Assembly (NCBI GenBank): GCA_001600815.1
Contig: BCKZ01000027.1
Coordinates: 1-64,000 of the forward strand
Length of the DNA: 64,000 bases
Reading direction: 5' to 3'
DNA from: Alloascoidea hylecoeti
Taxonomy: Eukaryota
Position numbers and translations under genes: made by a program. How positions within the stretch are numbered: position 1 is the stretch's first letter; every line of letters starts with the position of its first letter. Below the pieces are notes generated by a model. It was not told the DNA's origin, did not search any database, and saw only the letters and a program-made list of their open reading frames with translations. Shown piece by piece: positions 13,148-26,001 of the stretch.

Positions 13148-16100
13148 ATGGAAACCACTGGATGGACGATTTCAGACTGGCAATCGGCCCAACATGCCAA
13201 AACAAGTGACGAGGCACTAGATGCCATCAAATCTCTTGTAGCTTCCTTCGAAAAATCTGATCCAGCTTGGATCTCAGTAGCTTCCAATGAAAATTTGGAA
13301 CGTCAGTGGAAAACACTTCAATCTCTACCAAACAAAGAAAAGGTGTGTTCATTATTAATACTGTATATAACAAGTATAATTTCTAACATCACATATATAT
13401 TTAGCTCCCGTTGTTTGGTGTTCCATGCGCTGTAAAAGACAATATCGATGTTTTTGACTTTGACACCACCGGTGCTTGTCCAAAATTTATTTATCAACCA
13501 AAAGAAGATGCAACCACCGTAAAGCTTCTTAAACAAGCAGGTGCCATTGTCGTCGGGAAAACAAATTTGGATCAATTTGCCACAGGTTTAGTCGGAACAA
13601 GATCTCCTTATGGAATAACGCCCAATGCTTTTTCCAAAAAACATGTATCAGGTGGTTCTTCTGCCGGCTCCGGCTCTACCGTTTCAAGAGGGCTTGTTCC
13701 GTTTTCACTTGGAACAGATACTGCTGGCTCAGGTCGTGTCCCTGCATCTTTAAATAACATTGTGGGCTTAAAACCAACTTGTGGGGCCTTTTCTTGTAAA
13801 GGTGTTATTCCTGCGTGTAAATCTCTTGATTGTGTCTCCGTCTTTGCTTTAAATCTAAAAGATGCTCAATTGGTTTTCAGTATAATGGCTCATCCAGATG
13901 ATGACGATGAATACTCAAGACCATTACCTCCAAACCCCCTGAGAAAATTTGGTAAAAATCCAAAATTTGCAGTCCCCAAAAATCCAAATTGGTATGGTGA
14001 TTTATATAATGATTCAATTTTTAATGAAACAATTTTAAATTTTAAAAAAATTGGTGTTCAAATTGAAGAGATTGATTTTGATATTCTATTTAAATTAGCA
14101 AAATGTTTATACGAAGGTCCATGGGTTGCAGAAAGATATTCAGCAACTAAAAAATTTCTAAATTCACATTCAAAAGATGATTTTGATCCAACAGTTTATG
14201 AAATTATTAAAAGTGCTGAAAAATTTACAGCTTCTGATGCTTTTGATTATGAATATTTGAGAAAATCTATTTTAAAAGAAGTTTCAAAAAAATATGATTC
14301 ATATGATGGATTTTTAGTACCAACTTGTCCATTATTTCCAACTATTGAATCTGTTTTAAAAGAACCAATTAAAATAAATTCAATTCAAGGTACTTATACA
14401 AATTTTGTTAATTTATCTGATAAATCTGCTTTAGCTATACCTGTTGGTTTTAGATCTGATGGTTTCCCATTTGGTGTAACTTTAATTTCGGATAAATTTA
14501 ATGATTATGCTTTATTAGATTTAGCTTCAAGATATTTAACTGAAATAACTCCAACAAGAACAATTGGTAATTTATCAAACTTAGTTGCAGATGGTGATAG
14601 TTTACATCCAACAATTCCATTAATTTCAGAAAATGATGTAATCAAATTAGCTGTTGTTGGTGGTCATTTATCTGGTATGGCTTTGCATTGGCAATTAGAA
14701 GCAGTTAATGCTTATAGATTATGTAAAACTACAACTTCTGAAAATTACAGACTATATGCTTTACCAAATACAGTACCTGCAAAACCTGGTTTAAGAAGAG
14801 TTTTAGAAAATGGTAAAAAAATTGCTGTTGAAGTTTATGCAATTCCAAAAGATTTATTTGGTAAATTTATTGCAATGGTACCTGCTCCATTAGGTATTGG
14901 TAATGTAGAATTATCAAACCGTCAATATGTTAAAGGTTTTATTTGTGAAGAAGCTGGTTATTTACAACCAGGTACGAGAGATATTACAGAATTTGGTGGT
15001 TGGAGATTATATATTGCATCATTGAATCCATTAAATTCTAAAAAGAAACCTTTTAAAACTGTATTGGTTGCTAATAGAGGTGAAATTGCAGTACGTATAA
15101 TTAAAACATTAAAAAAATTAGATATTAAATCAATTGCTGTTTATTCAGATGTTGATAAATATTCAAAACATGTTTTATTAGCCGATGATTCAATTGCTTT
15201 AAATGGTAATACTGCATCAGAAACTTATCTCTCAATTCCAAAAATCATTTCTGCTGCAAAACAAACAAAATCAGATGCAATTATACCTGGTTATGGATTT
15301 TTATCTGAAAATGCTGATTTTTCTGATAAATGTTTAGAAGAAGGTATTGTTTTTGTTGGCCCAACTGGTGAAGCCATTCGTAAATTAGGTTTGAAACATT
15401 CTGCTAGACAAATTGCTGAAGCTGCTAATGTACCACTAGTACCAGGTTCTGGACTTGTTGATACAATTGAAGAAGCAATTGAAATTGCCAAAAAATTAAC
15501 TTATCCAATTATGGTTAAATCAACTGCTGGTGGTGGTGGTATTGGTTTACAAAGAGTTGATAATGAAAAAGAATTAATTACTGCTTTTGCAACTGTTAAA
15601 CATCAAGGAATATCATATTTTGGTGATGGTGGTGTATTTTTGGAAAGATTTGTTGAAAATGCAAGACATGTTGAAATTCAAATGTTTGGTGATGGTTATG
15701 GTAAAGCAATTGCATTAGGTGAAAGAGATTGTTCATTACAAAGACGTAATCAAAAAGTTATTGAAGAAACTCCTGCACCAAATTTACCAGAATTAACAAG
15801 ACAAAAAATGAGAAAAGCTTCTGAACAATTAGGTTCATCAATGAATTATAAATGTGCTGGTACAGTTGAATTTATTTATGATTCAAAAAGAGATGAATTT
15901 TATTTTTTGGAAGTTAATGCAAGATTACAAGTTGAACATCCAATTACTGAAATGGTAACTGGTCTTGATTTAGTTGAATGGATGCTTTATATTGCTGCCG
16001 ATATGCCACCAGATTTTAATCAAAAAATAGAAATTAAAGGTGCTGCAATGGAAGCTCGTCTTTATGCAGAGAATCCTGTCAAAGATTTCTTACCATCACC

Positions 16101-18660
16101 TGGTCAAATTACAGAAGTTAAATTTCCAGATTGGGCAAGAATTGATGGTTGGGTTGAAAAAGGTACAACAATATCTGCTGAATATGATCCAACTATTGCT
16201 AAAATTATAGTTCATGGTAAAGATCGTGCAGATGCTTTAAAGAAATTAAATCAAGCACTTGAAGAAACAGTTGTTTATGGTGTTGTTACAAATGTTGATT
16301 ATTTAAGATCAATTGCAAAATCAGACATGTTTAATAATGCACAAATGTTTACAAAAGTTTTAGATACTTATGAATATTCAGCAAAAGCAATTGAAATTAC
16401 AGTTCCTGGTTCTTATACAACTGTTCAAGATTATCCCGGTCGTATTAAACTATGGAGAAATGGTGTCCCACCATCTGGTCCAATGGATGATTATTCTTTT
16501 AGAATTGCTAATAAAATCGTTGGTAATGATAATAAAGCACCTGCAATTGAATGTACTTTAAATGGTCCTTCAATTTTATTCCATTCTGATTCAATTGTAT
16601 CAGTAACAGGTGGTGAAGCACCAATTAAAGTTGATGATGTATCCGTTAATATGTGGGAACCAATTCATATTAAAAAAGGTTCAAAATTAGTTATTGGTAA
16701 ATTATCAACTGGTTGTAGATGTTATATTGCAATTAGAGGAGGAATTGATGTACCAGAATATTTAGGATCAAGATCAACTTTTGCACTTGGTACTATGGGT
16801 GGTTTTAATGGTCGTGTTCTAAAATTTGGTGATGTTTTATTTCTTGGTCAACCAGAAATTAAATCATGTACTATACCAATTCCTATTTCAGAACCAAAAC
16901 CAATTGATAAAAAATTAATACCAACTTATTCTAAAAATTGGACAGTTGCTGTTACATCTGGTCCACATGGATCACCTGATTTTTTCAAACCAAGTAGTAT
17001 TAAAACATTTTTTGAATCTGAATGGAAAGTTCATTATAACTCAAATAGATTTGGTGTTCGATTAATTGGACCAAAACCTGAATGGTCAAGACCAGATGGT
17101 GGAGAAGCAGGATTACATCCTTCAAATGCTCATGATTATGTTTATGCAATGGGGGCAATTAATTTTACTGGTGATGAACCTGTTATATTAACATGTGATG
17201 GACCATCTTTAGGTGGATTTGTTTGTGCAGCAGTTGTAATTGAATCTGAAATGTGGAAAATTGGTCAAGCGAAACCTGGTGATTTAATTAAATTTGTACC
17301 AATTACTTATGAAAAAGCAATTGAATTGAAAAAGACACAAGATTTAGAAATTGAATCAATGGCAGCTATTAAACAATTTGATAATACAAGTATTATTAAA
17401 TCTGCAATTCCTGAAAGTCAGTATAATCCAATTTTATATTCACAAGAACCAAGTGCTGAAAATCCATTAGTTACTTATAGACAAGCAGGAGATCGATATA
17501 TACTTGTTGAATATGGAGAAAATATTATGGATTTAAATTTATCATATCGAGTTTTTAGATTACAAGAAAAAATTACATCATCAAAATTACCAGGAATTGT
17601 TGAAATGTCACAAGGTGTTAGATCAGTTCTAATTCAATATAATAATGAAATTTCACAAAAAAATTTACTTGATTCATTAGTTAAATTTGAAAAACAATTA
17701 TTATTTGATAAAAAATGGAAAGTTCCATCAAGAATTATTAAATTACCAATGTGTTTTGAAGATAAAAAAACATTAGAAGCAGTTAAACGTTATCAAGAAA
17801 CAATTCGATCAACTGCGCCATGGCTACCAAATAATGTTGATTTTATTGCATCTGTTAATAATATGGATAGAAATGAAGTTAAAGAATTACTTTATGTTGC
17901 AAGATTTTTAGTTTTGGGACTTGGTGATGTTTTCTTAGGTGCTCCATGTGCAGTTCCACTAGATCCAAGACATCGACTTATTGGTACAAAATATAATCCA
18001 TCAAGATCTTTTACACCAAATGGTACAGTTGGTATTGGTGGAATGTATATGTGTATTTATACAATGGAATCTCCTGGAGGTTATCAATTGGTTGGTAGAA
18101 CTATACCAATTTGGGATAAATTGACATTAGGACAACAAGATAGACCATGGTTATTGAATGTTTTTGATCAAGTTGAATTTTATCCAGTTAGTGAAGAAGA
18201 ATTAGATGTAATGTCAAATGAAGTAAATAATGGAGAATTTCATATTGATATACAAGATTCTATATTTGATCATGAAAAATATTTACATTGGATTGAATCT
18301 AATATTAAATCAATTACTGAACATGTTCAAAGACAAGGATCTGAATTGGAAGAGTTTAATAGATTAATTCAAATATCAAACTCTGAATTACAAGGTTCGT
18401 TACAAACAGAAGAAGAATCAATTTCTTTGGATCAATTTGAAGAAGGTGCTGAATTTATTTATTCTGAATTTTCAGGTAGATTTTGGAAATCATTAGTCAG
18501 TGTTAATGATAAAGTTACAAAGGGACAAGGAATCATTGCTGTTGAAGCAATGAAGACGGAAATGGTTGTTGGATCACCAAGAGATGGTAAAGTTATAAAG
18601 ATTTTACATAAAAATGGAGATATGATAGAAGCAGGAGATTTAGTTGCTGTTATTATTTAG
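13148..18660 (+). CDS. DUR1,2: Urea amidolyase (allophanate hydrolase + urea carboxylase + BCCP); 2 exons
   Basis: Exon 1 13148-13342 (METTGWTISDW...), intron 13343-13404 (GTGTGT..TTCTAAC..TAG), exon 2 13405-18660. Amidase signature GGSSAGS/GTDTAGSGRVP, biotin carboxylase ANRGEIA/GGGGIG/RLQVEHP, biotin-attachment AMKT. Confidence 0.98.
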
Positions 18661-18954
18661 ATATTCATATTCATATTTAGTTGTGGTTTTGTATTTAGAA
18701 GAAATATAATGATTTATAATGAAGAAATTTGTGGGTTGGGGTTGTGGAAGAACCCGGAACAAACGTTTATTTCCCCGACTTTTCCCCACCGGTGAACGGA
18801 CAGTTTTACGGAAAACCGAAACGTGCCTATCATAAGTATCGGCAACCTCCAATCATAAGAACTTATAAATCGACAATTCTCCGCATTCTCTTTTCCTTCT
18901 TCTTCTTCTTATTCTTTTTCTCCCTCTTACAAGCTCAAACTCAATTCTACTAAA

Positions 18955-20040
18955 ATGACCGTCTTTGAAATTTTAAAAAGAAAAACAGGTGTTATCGTCG
19001 GTGATGACGTCTACAATTTATATAAATATGCCCAAGAAGCAAAATTTGCTATTCCTTCTTTTAATGTAACATCTTCATCAACAGTTGTTGCAGTTTTAGA
19101 AGCAGCTCGTGATAATAATTCACCAGTTCAATTGCAAGTTTCTCAAGGTGGTGCAGCATATTTTGCAGGTAAAGGTGTATCAAATACTGATCAATTTGCT
19201 TCAATTCATGGAGGTATTGCTGCTGCTCATTATATTAGGTCAATTGCACCAGCTTATGGAATCCCAGTTATTTTACATACTGATCATTGTGCAAAGAAAT
19301 TATTACCATGGTTAGATGGTTTATTAGATGCTGATGAAGCATATTATAAAGAACATGGTGAACCATTATTTTCATCACATATGATTGATTTATCAGCTGA
19401 ACCAGACGAGTATAATATTGCAACAACTGCCAAATATTTTGAAAGAGCAGCTAAAATGAATCAATGGTTAGAAATGGAAATTGGTATTACTGGAGGTGAA
19501 GAAGATGGTGTTAATAATGAAGATGCATCTTCAGATTCTTTATATACATCACCAGAAACTGTTTATAGTGTTTATGAAGCTTTGGCACCAATTTCACCAA
19601 ACTTTTCAATTGCTGCTGCTTTTGGTAATGTTCATGGTGTTTATAAACCAGGTAATGTTAAATTACGTCCAGAATTACTTGGAAATCATCAAGAATTTAC
19701 AAAGAAAAAGATTGGATCAAAGAGTGATACACCATTATTTTTAGTTTTCCATGGAGGATCAGGATCAGATGCTTCTGAATTCCAAACTGCCATTAACTTT
19801 GGTGTTGTTAAAGTTAACATTGATACTGATACACAATATGCTTACTTGGAAGGTATCAGAGATTTCGTTTTAACTAAGAAAGATTATGTATTAAAGATGG
19901 TTGGTAATCCAGAAGGAGAAGACAAACCAAATAAGAAATATTTCGATCCAAGAGTTTGGGTTAGAGAGGGAGAAAAAACAATGAGTAAAAGAGTTACCCA
20001 ATCATTGGAAGTTTTCAATACTAAAAACCAATACAAATAA
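18955..20040 (+). CDS. FBA1: Class II fructose-1,6-bisphosphate aldolase
   Basis: 361 aa with HTDHCAKKLLPW, SSHMIDLS, GNVHGVYKPG and VFHGGSGS. Confidence 0.98.
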   Translation: MTVFEILKRKTGVIVGDDVYNLYKYAQEAKFAIPSFNVTSSSTVVAVLEAARDNNSPVQLQVSQGGAAYFAGKGVSNTDQFASIHGGIAAAHYIRSIAPAYGIPVILHTDHCAKKLLPWLDGLLDADEAYYKEHGEPLFSSHMIDLSAEPDEYNIATTAKYFERAAKMNQWLEMEIGITGGEEDGVNNEDASSDSLYTSPETVYSVYEALAPISPNFSIAAAFGNVHGVYKPGNVKLRPELLGNHQEFTKKKIGSKSDTPLFLVFHGGSGSDASEFQTAINFGVVKVNIDTDTQYAYLEGIRDFVLTKKDYVLKMVGNPEGEDKPNKKYFDPRVWVREGEKTMSKRVTQSLEVFNTKNQYK

Positions 20041-20193
20041 ATTATTTTCGATATATGATGAAGTATTCACAATGTCAAGGACATTTTAAGAGGTTGAGAG
20101 TTGAAAGTTGAAAGTTGAAAATTTACTAGTTAGTTGTAATTAGGTATAATTTATTAAATATTTATTAATTGAAGTACAAATTTAAAGCAAAGA

Positions 20194-20721
20194 TTATCTT
20201 TTATAAAAGCCAATTAAACAAGCATCTAATATTCTTTCCCAATTAACCCAGCCATGAGTCGTCATAAATAAATCAGTACCGTCTTTCCCAGCACATCTCA
20301 TCAGTTCATCGATTCCACCAGGATGGAAATCTAGATATGGAGTGATATTGTAGACCTTATCACCCAACGCCGTCCAACAATCCGTAATTGTATTATGCCT
20401 TGACAATATTGAAGAGGTTACGATGACTGGGAAGTTTGAAGGATCGATACCTGTTAAGTTAGCACCAGATCTTCGTAATCGAGCCCAGTCTAAAGCGGAA
20501 TGACCGGGTTTCAGAGCGACTTTCTTACGCCCAGGAATAGCATGGTTTCCCGGAGCAGAAGTTCTTAATCGGGGTTGTCTCTGTGGCGCCAGTAGAGACC
20601 GTGAAGGCCCTGAGGGGGGTTTGAAGGCTACTTGCCGTCTTGGAGGAGGGGCTCCTCTGGGAAGTCGTAGAGTAGGTTCTACAAAAGGTTCATGTTCATT
20701 TGCTGAGTTATTAGTGGCCAT
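20194..20721 (-). CDS. IRC21: Cytochrome b5-like heme/steroid-binding domain protein (Irc21-like)
   Basis: ATG at 20721 (the ORF-track start is a GTG). RKKVALKPGHSALDW, DCW..VYNITPYLDFHPGG, AGKDGTDLFMTTHGWVN. Confidence 0.8.
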   Translation of the reverse strand: MATNNSANEHEPFVEPTLRLPRGAPPPRRQVAFKPPSGPSRSLLAPQRQPRLRTSAPGNHAIPGRKKVALKPGHSALDWARLRRSGANLTGIDPSNFPVIVTSSILSRHNTITDCWTALGDKVYNITPYLDFHPGGIDELMRCAGKDGTDLFMTTHGWVNWERILDACLIGFYKR

Positions 20722-20769
20722 TATAATGGTCTTGTGCACTAAAAGACAAATGTAAGTGGCCGGACGGTG

Positions 20770-20777
20770 CACGTGAC
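20770..20777 (-). promoter_or_regulatory. Cbf1-consensus site in the IRC21/UBP divergent promoter
   Basis: GTCACGTG on the minus strand within a 153-bp divergent intergenic region. Confidence 0.45.
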
Positions 20778-20874
20778 CATCGTGTGATATATTTTGGTCC
20801 GGGGGTGTTTGGGTGTGCCCCACCGTATAATTTTGATTTTGATTTTGGTAGGATTATAATTAGTACCGCAATTG

Positions 20875-23490
20875 ATGCCTGTGCCGCCCCTCGTGTCCCT
20901 CCTCAGCGGCCCTTCTTCCCTAGTAACGCTCCCCCACAGACTGGCCGACTCCGTTGTCCGTAACAACAACCAAAAAACCTGGTTATATTTGGCCCTTTTC
21001 TCGGCTTGTTGGTACATTTTGGCCCCATCCGTCCCGAATTGGATTCTCCACCCTTTTTCTCCCCCAACCGACGGCCAAATGTTTAAACGAAATAACAGAC
21101 CCGATAAATACGTAGTTGGTTTGTTGAATAATGCCAATGATTGCTTTGCAAATTCAAACCTCCAAGCTTTAAGTTCTTTAACTAGTCTTGATGATTATCT
21201 TTCAAGAATGATTGATACCCATGCAAAACTATCACGTTTAATCAAATCTATTCAAAATGACAATCACAATGATAATCAAAATCAGAATGACATTACAGAA
21301 GGAAAAGAAAATGGAAAAGAAAATGACAATCATAATCACAGTGCCAAATTTAAGGAAATCCCCTCATTACCATTACATCTCGCGTTAATGAAAATTGTAG
21401 ATATCTTACAATCAACTCCAACTTCGGCAAGAACTATATCTCCGTGGTTATTCTTAAATGAGTTAGAAAAAATATTTAATGCAAGAATAAGTCGTTCACA
21501 ACATGATGCTCATGAATTATTACAATTGATCTTATCAACTTTAGATAATGAATGGGTCAAATTCTATAAATATTTGAATCATTTCAGTTCAAAAATTGAA
21601 AAATTATTATTATCACAATCAACATCTACCAATGAAGATGATTTGATAACAATCATATCAATTCCAAAATTTCCATTTGAAGGAACTTCAACTTCTTTAA
21701 TTACTTGTTTACAATGTAATCATAAATCAAAACCAAATCCAACAAGTTTTCTAATATTATCATTAATGGTACCACAACAACAAAAAATTTCTTTAATTGA
21801 TTTATTTAAAATTCATCAAGATGAAGAGTTCATTGAAGGTTATGGATGTATTAAATGTCGTATTAAATCAATTTTAAATATTGAAGATCAATTATCTTCT
21901 TCATCTTCATCCCAAAAAGAAAAATCAATTGATGAATTAACAAATGATGAAAAATTAGATTTAAAAAATATTAAAGAATTAAGAGAAATTTATAAATCGA
22001 ATAAATTTAATGATATATCTCCAGAATTAGAAAATTATGTAAATCATTATTCTAAAAAAAATATTAAAATTAATAAAATAACAAGTACAATTTCAAAATT
22101 AAATAAACCAATAAATTTACCAAGATTTTTAACTGTTCATTTATCAAGATCTATATTTAATGGAAATTATGCTGTTAGAAATTCTTGTAATATTGAATTT
22201 CAAGAATTTTTAGAATTTGAAGTTGATGATGATGATAATGATAATGATGATGATAGTGATGAAAAAGTTATTGTTGAATTGAATGAAAAACAAATATTAG
22301 AATTGAAAAATAATGAAATTGAAGTTCATAATGGAAATGAAGTTCAAAAAGATGATTCAATAATTTCTTCAATAATCGAAGTTGATGAAGTTATTAATGT
22401 TAATGAAGTTAATAAAAATGAAAAAGCTGAAGAAAAGGTAACTAATGATAATAAAGTTGAAATAATAAATAATAATCAATCAACTTCAACTCCTTCTTTT
22501 GGAACAGAAGCAATATCTCAACTTCTCTCAAAATCAAAATTAAATTCAACAACAACCATGAAAAAAAAAATTAAATATAAATTAAAATCAATAATTCGTC
22601 ATCGTGGTACTCATTCATCGGGTCATTATGAATGTTTTAGACATAAACCATCATATTTAATAAATGATGATGAACAATTTATTGTTGTTGGTTCATTAAA
22701 AGAAAGATTATATGTTAAAAATTTATTAAAAAATCAAGATAAAGAATTAGAAAAAATTAATCAAGATAAAGAATTAGAAAAAATCAATCATGATAAAGAA
22801 TTAGAAAATAATAATGATAATGATGATCAAGAAAGTATTATTGATACAGATCAAGAAAATACTACAAATGGAACAATTAATAATGATTTAAAAACTAATT
22901 TGATTGATAGAAAATTATCAATTTCTAAAACATCACATCGTTCATCAATATCAAATTCTTTATCCTTAAAAAGAAATAATAGTAGAATTAAAGGTCGTCC
23001 AAGACATGCTTCAAATGATATTAGAATGAGTTTAAAAACTTTTGATAATTTACAATCAATTACAAATGGTAATGGTAATGGTAATGATAGTAATTTATTA
23101 CATGTTGCTCCTGCAATTGATTTACAAAATGATCCAATTAGAACAAGTATTAGCACAAATTCTAATTCATCTAATCAAAATAATAATGAACATTTAAATG
23201 ATGCAAATGGTGGATCATCAGATCATGATCATGATTCACAATCAATCAACTCATCAAGTAATAAATCATCAGATCAATCAATAATACAACAACAACAACA
23301 ATTAGAAATTGGTTCATTATCATCGAATGAAACAAATTTAAATTTAAAGAAATTAAAAAAAGTAAATAATAATTTAAATAAATATCCTTATTGGAGAATT
23401 AGTGATAATACAAGTTGGGAAGTTAAAAAAAATGAAGTATTGAATCAACAAAGTGCTGTTTATATGTTATTTTATGAAAGAATTGATTGA
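20875..23490 (+). CDS. UBP16: Membrane-anchored ubiquitin-specific protease (Ubp16/USP30-like)
   Basis: N-terminal hydrophobic anchor (WLYLALFSACWYILAP), Cys box GLLNNANDCFANS, QHDAHEL, His box HRGTHSSGHY, WRISD, YMLFYE. Long low-complexity inserts. UBP16 vs UBP1 is a judgement by eye. Confidence 0.8.
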   Translation: MPVPPLVSLLSGPSSLVTLPHRLADSVVRNNNQKTWLYLALFSACWYILAPSVPNWILHPFSPPTDGQMFKRNNRPDKYVVGLLNNANDCFANSNLQALSSLTSLDDYLSRMIDTHAKLSRLIKSIQNDNHNDNQNQNDITEGKENGKENDNHNHSAKFKEIPSLPLHLALMKIVDILQSTPTSARTISPWLFLNELEKIFNARISRSQHDAHELLQLILSTLDNEWVKFYKYLNHFSSKIEKLLLSQSTSTNEDDLITIISIPKFPFEGTSTSLITCLQCNHKSKPNPTSFLILSLMVPQQQKISLIDLFKIHQDEEFIEGYGCIKCRIKSILNIEDQLSSSSSSQKEKSIDELTNDEKLDLKNIKELREIYKSNKFNDISPELENYVNHYSKKNIKINKITSTISKLNKPINLPRFLTVHLSRSIFNGNYAVRNSCNIEFQEFLEFEVDDDDNDNDDDSDEKVIVELNEKQILELKNNEIEVHNGNEVQKDDSIISSIIEVDEVINVNEVNKNEKAEEKVTNDNKVEIINNNQSTSTPSFGTEAISQLLSKSKLNSTTTMKKKIKYKLKSIIRHRGTHSSGHYECFRHKPSYLINDDEQFIVVGSLKERLYVKNLLKNQDKELEKINQDKELEKINHDKELENNNDNDDQESIIDTDQENTTNGTINNDLKTNLIDRKLSISKTSHRSSISNSLSLKRNNSRIKGRPRHASNDIRMSLKTFDNLQSITNGNGNGNDSNLLHVAPAIDLQNDPIRTSISTNSNSSNQNNNEHLNDANGGSSDHDHDSQSINSSSNKSSDQSIIQQQQQLEIGSLSSNETNLNLKKLKKVNNNLNKYPYWRISDNTSWEVKKNEVLNQQSAVYMLFYERID
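22732..22809 (+). repeat. Coding 27-bp tandem repeat (NQDKELEKI, about x3)
   Basis: aatcaagataaagaattagaaaaaat(t/c) twice, plus aatcatgataaagaattagaaaat. Confidence 0.9.
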
Positions 23491-24566
23491 TAATGATCTT
23501 AAAATTTTATATATAAAAGCTCTTAATTTTTCAATAAATTTATGGATATAATATTTAGTTTAATGTTATTAGACAATTATATATTGTTTTTTTTTGTCAA
23601 TTATGGAATTTTTTTAATCACTTTTGATAACTTCACTAAATTGCAATCTGCCTTCATCTGCTTTTTGAAAAACAAATACGTTTTGTTTGTTTTGTCGAAA
23701 TAATATCGCCAAATAACTCAATATTGATTAACTAATCTTTTTTAGACTGTTGAACTAACACTAGATCAAATCTACTAACACACATTTTTCTTTGTTAACT
23801 CTGGAGAATTATATATAATCAACGCCACTCAACAGATCTATATGGTGTAAATATGAGATAATAAAGCTTGCTGAGTCCCCTTGAAGTAATTTATCCAAAC
23901 GCGTAATTAATCAGCTACACATTATGTTAAACACATCATATGATATCAATATGGCAGCTTCCAAATAATAATAGCATAAATGTATGAATGGATCTACTGA
24001 GCCCAATATGCAAAGTTTCAGAAAATTTCTAATATATAGCCCAGAGGAAATTACAAATAATATTGAACAAAGAATATCAGAATAATGAAATTAAGTAGAA
24101 TTTTGTGATAGGAATTTATCTTTGTTGCTGGTTTTTTTTTTTTTTTGTAATTTGTGGTTTCAAATTCTACGCAGTTAATGTAGACGGTAAACTATACCGC
24201 TAACTTGTATGAAAGGCATAATTTGAATTGACATGTAAGGACGAATAAAACAAATTTAAAACTCTTATATAATTGGATAACTAAGAGATCTCATAAAAGG
24301 CTTACCAATCATAACTATGATAAGTTCTACCAGAGGAAATTCCGTAGTTATGAATATGAATACTCTATTTAATTGTAAGCTCTGTTCCACAAAAAAAGCA
24401 TTATCAATCAGAAACGAATAAATACTTAAACTAAAAATTTTGATGTGAAATACTATAGAAATGCGAATGATAAACATGAGATCATTTTCAAATTTGAATT
24501 AAAATTTCTAAAACATGACAAATTATTATTTACCATTTTTATACATTTATAGATCTATAGAGATGT

Positions 24567-25943
24567 TCAATTGTTACTAAATGTAACATCCCAATCCCAA
24601 TAAAAAGTTAAGTCAGTTGGTTTTCCATCCTCGATACCACATGCTTCAGCATAAGTAGTATCAACTCTTTCCTCCATATAACTAAGATAATTATCCAAAG
24701 GACACGAAAATCCAGGTCCTGTTGTACAATTTTTCAAAGGTATAACCGCATTGTTAAGATTAAATCTAACAAATGTTCCATTATCTCCTGTTAATGAGTC
24801 ACTACATGATAATCTTTCAACTAATAATCGTGTACCCATTGGAATCAATTCACTTGATTTATATGGATTATCAACTAAAAATTGATCGGTTGGTAAATCT
24901 TCTGAAGGTGTAAATAATCCAAATGCTGCAATCATAAATTGAAGATCAGTATCATGTAAAAAATTTAAAAACAAGCTTCCTGCACTTGGGCCTGTTTTTA
25001 ATAATTCTGAAATGGAATTAGTAACGGGGGTTGAAATAATTTTACCTAGACTATGTCCAACACCTGAACTGTAATAATCATCGATGCTGTTAGCATAATC
25101 ATAAGATACCCAATCATCAGGTTTTAATAAGCCACAGAAATCAGAAAATCCTTTGGCATTTAATTCATAAGCACAAGCAACAAATAAATAACTAACATCA
25201 GAGGCAGTTAGGTTAGCAGAAGGTGATGATTTGTTCAATCTAGCTGCGATCTTTTTTAAATAAGTGTCAGGAGTAGAATCAATAATTGATTGTTGTTCAG
25301 AAGAATTATAATTTGTACAACTATATCTTGGTGTTAATGAATTTGCTCCAACTTCAGCAGTTTCGGGTATAACTTGGACCGAAGCCAAACTTGAATAATT
25401 TCTTGCAAAAAAACCTCTACCAAAATATTGTGCTGATTCAATAACTCTGAAATAATCTCCAGCATAAATTGGCAAAATGGATTCTCCATCCCATAATGAA
25501 CCATACTTATTTCTAAATTCAACTCCATATTGAAACATATTAGAAAGACCTGAGTAAGGACCGGTTGTAGTTTCAGTTTCTAGTAATGCATCATCTGTGA
25601 TCCAAAGTTCATAATCATTTAAAAATTCCAATACACCAGTCTGTTTGTTTTCTTTTAATTTTTTGACAACTTTTTTAATTCCTTTGCCTTTCGATGTTGA
25701 GGGATATCTTTCGCCATGTCGATTATAAAGAAATACTTGATCGACAACACATTCATCTGGAGTTTCAGGACTAATTCCATACCCATGAAATGGGACCCAT
25801 GGTCCACCATGTGCTGAATATCTTAAGATATTGTATTGCTCATCTCCAGTTTGCGGATACTGTTTATTGAATAGTAATCCTGAAACTATACTAGGAGTTA
25901 AAGAAAGTGTGAGCGCAAGTGTAGAGAAACTTATCAATCCCAT
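24567..25943 (-). CDS. Secreted histidine acid phosphatase/phytase (Pho5/Pho3 family)
   Basis: Signal peptide, RHGERYP and HDTD catalytic motifs, C-terminal GPGFSCPL, N-glycosylation sequons. Confidence 0.96.
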   Translation of the reverse strand: MGLISFSTLALTLSLTPSIVSGLLFNKQYPQTGDEQYNILRYSAHGGPWVPFHGYGISPETPDECVVDQVFLYNRHGERYPSTSKGKGIKKVVKKLKENKQTGVLEFLNDYELWITDDALLETETTTGPYSGLSNMFQYGVEFRNKYGSLWDGESILPIYAGDYFRVIESAQYFGRGFFARNYSSLASVQVIPETAEVGANSLTPRYSCTNYNSSEQQSIIDSTPDTYLKKIAARLNKSSPSANLTASDVSYLFVACAYELNAKGFSDFCGLLKPDDWVSYDYANSIDDYYSSGVGHSLGKIISTPVTNSISELLKTGPSAGSLFLNFLHDTDLQFMIAAFGLFTPSEDLPTDQFLVDNPYKSSELIPMGTRLLVERLSCSDSLTGDNGTFVRFNLNNAVIPLKNCTTGPGFSCPLDNYLSYMEERVDTTYAEACGIEDGKPTDLTFYWDWDVTFSNN

Positions 25944-26001
25944 ATTGATAATGAGTGTAGAATGCTATAAATTGGGGTTGAGATGGTGGAATATTCCAAT
26001 G

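Noticed and set aside
13076..13435. Separate 119-aa ORF before DUR1,2
   Set aside because: It is DUR1,2 exon 1 reading into the intron.
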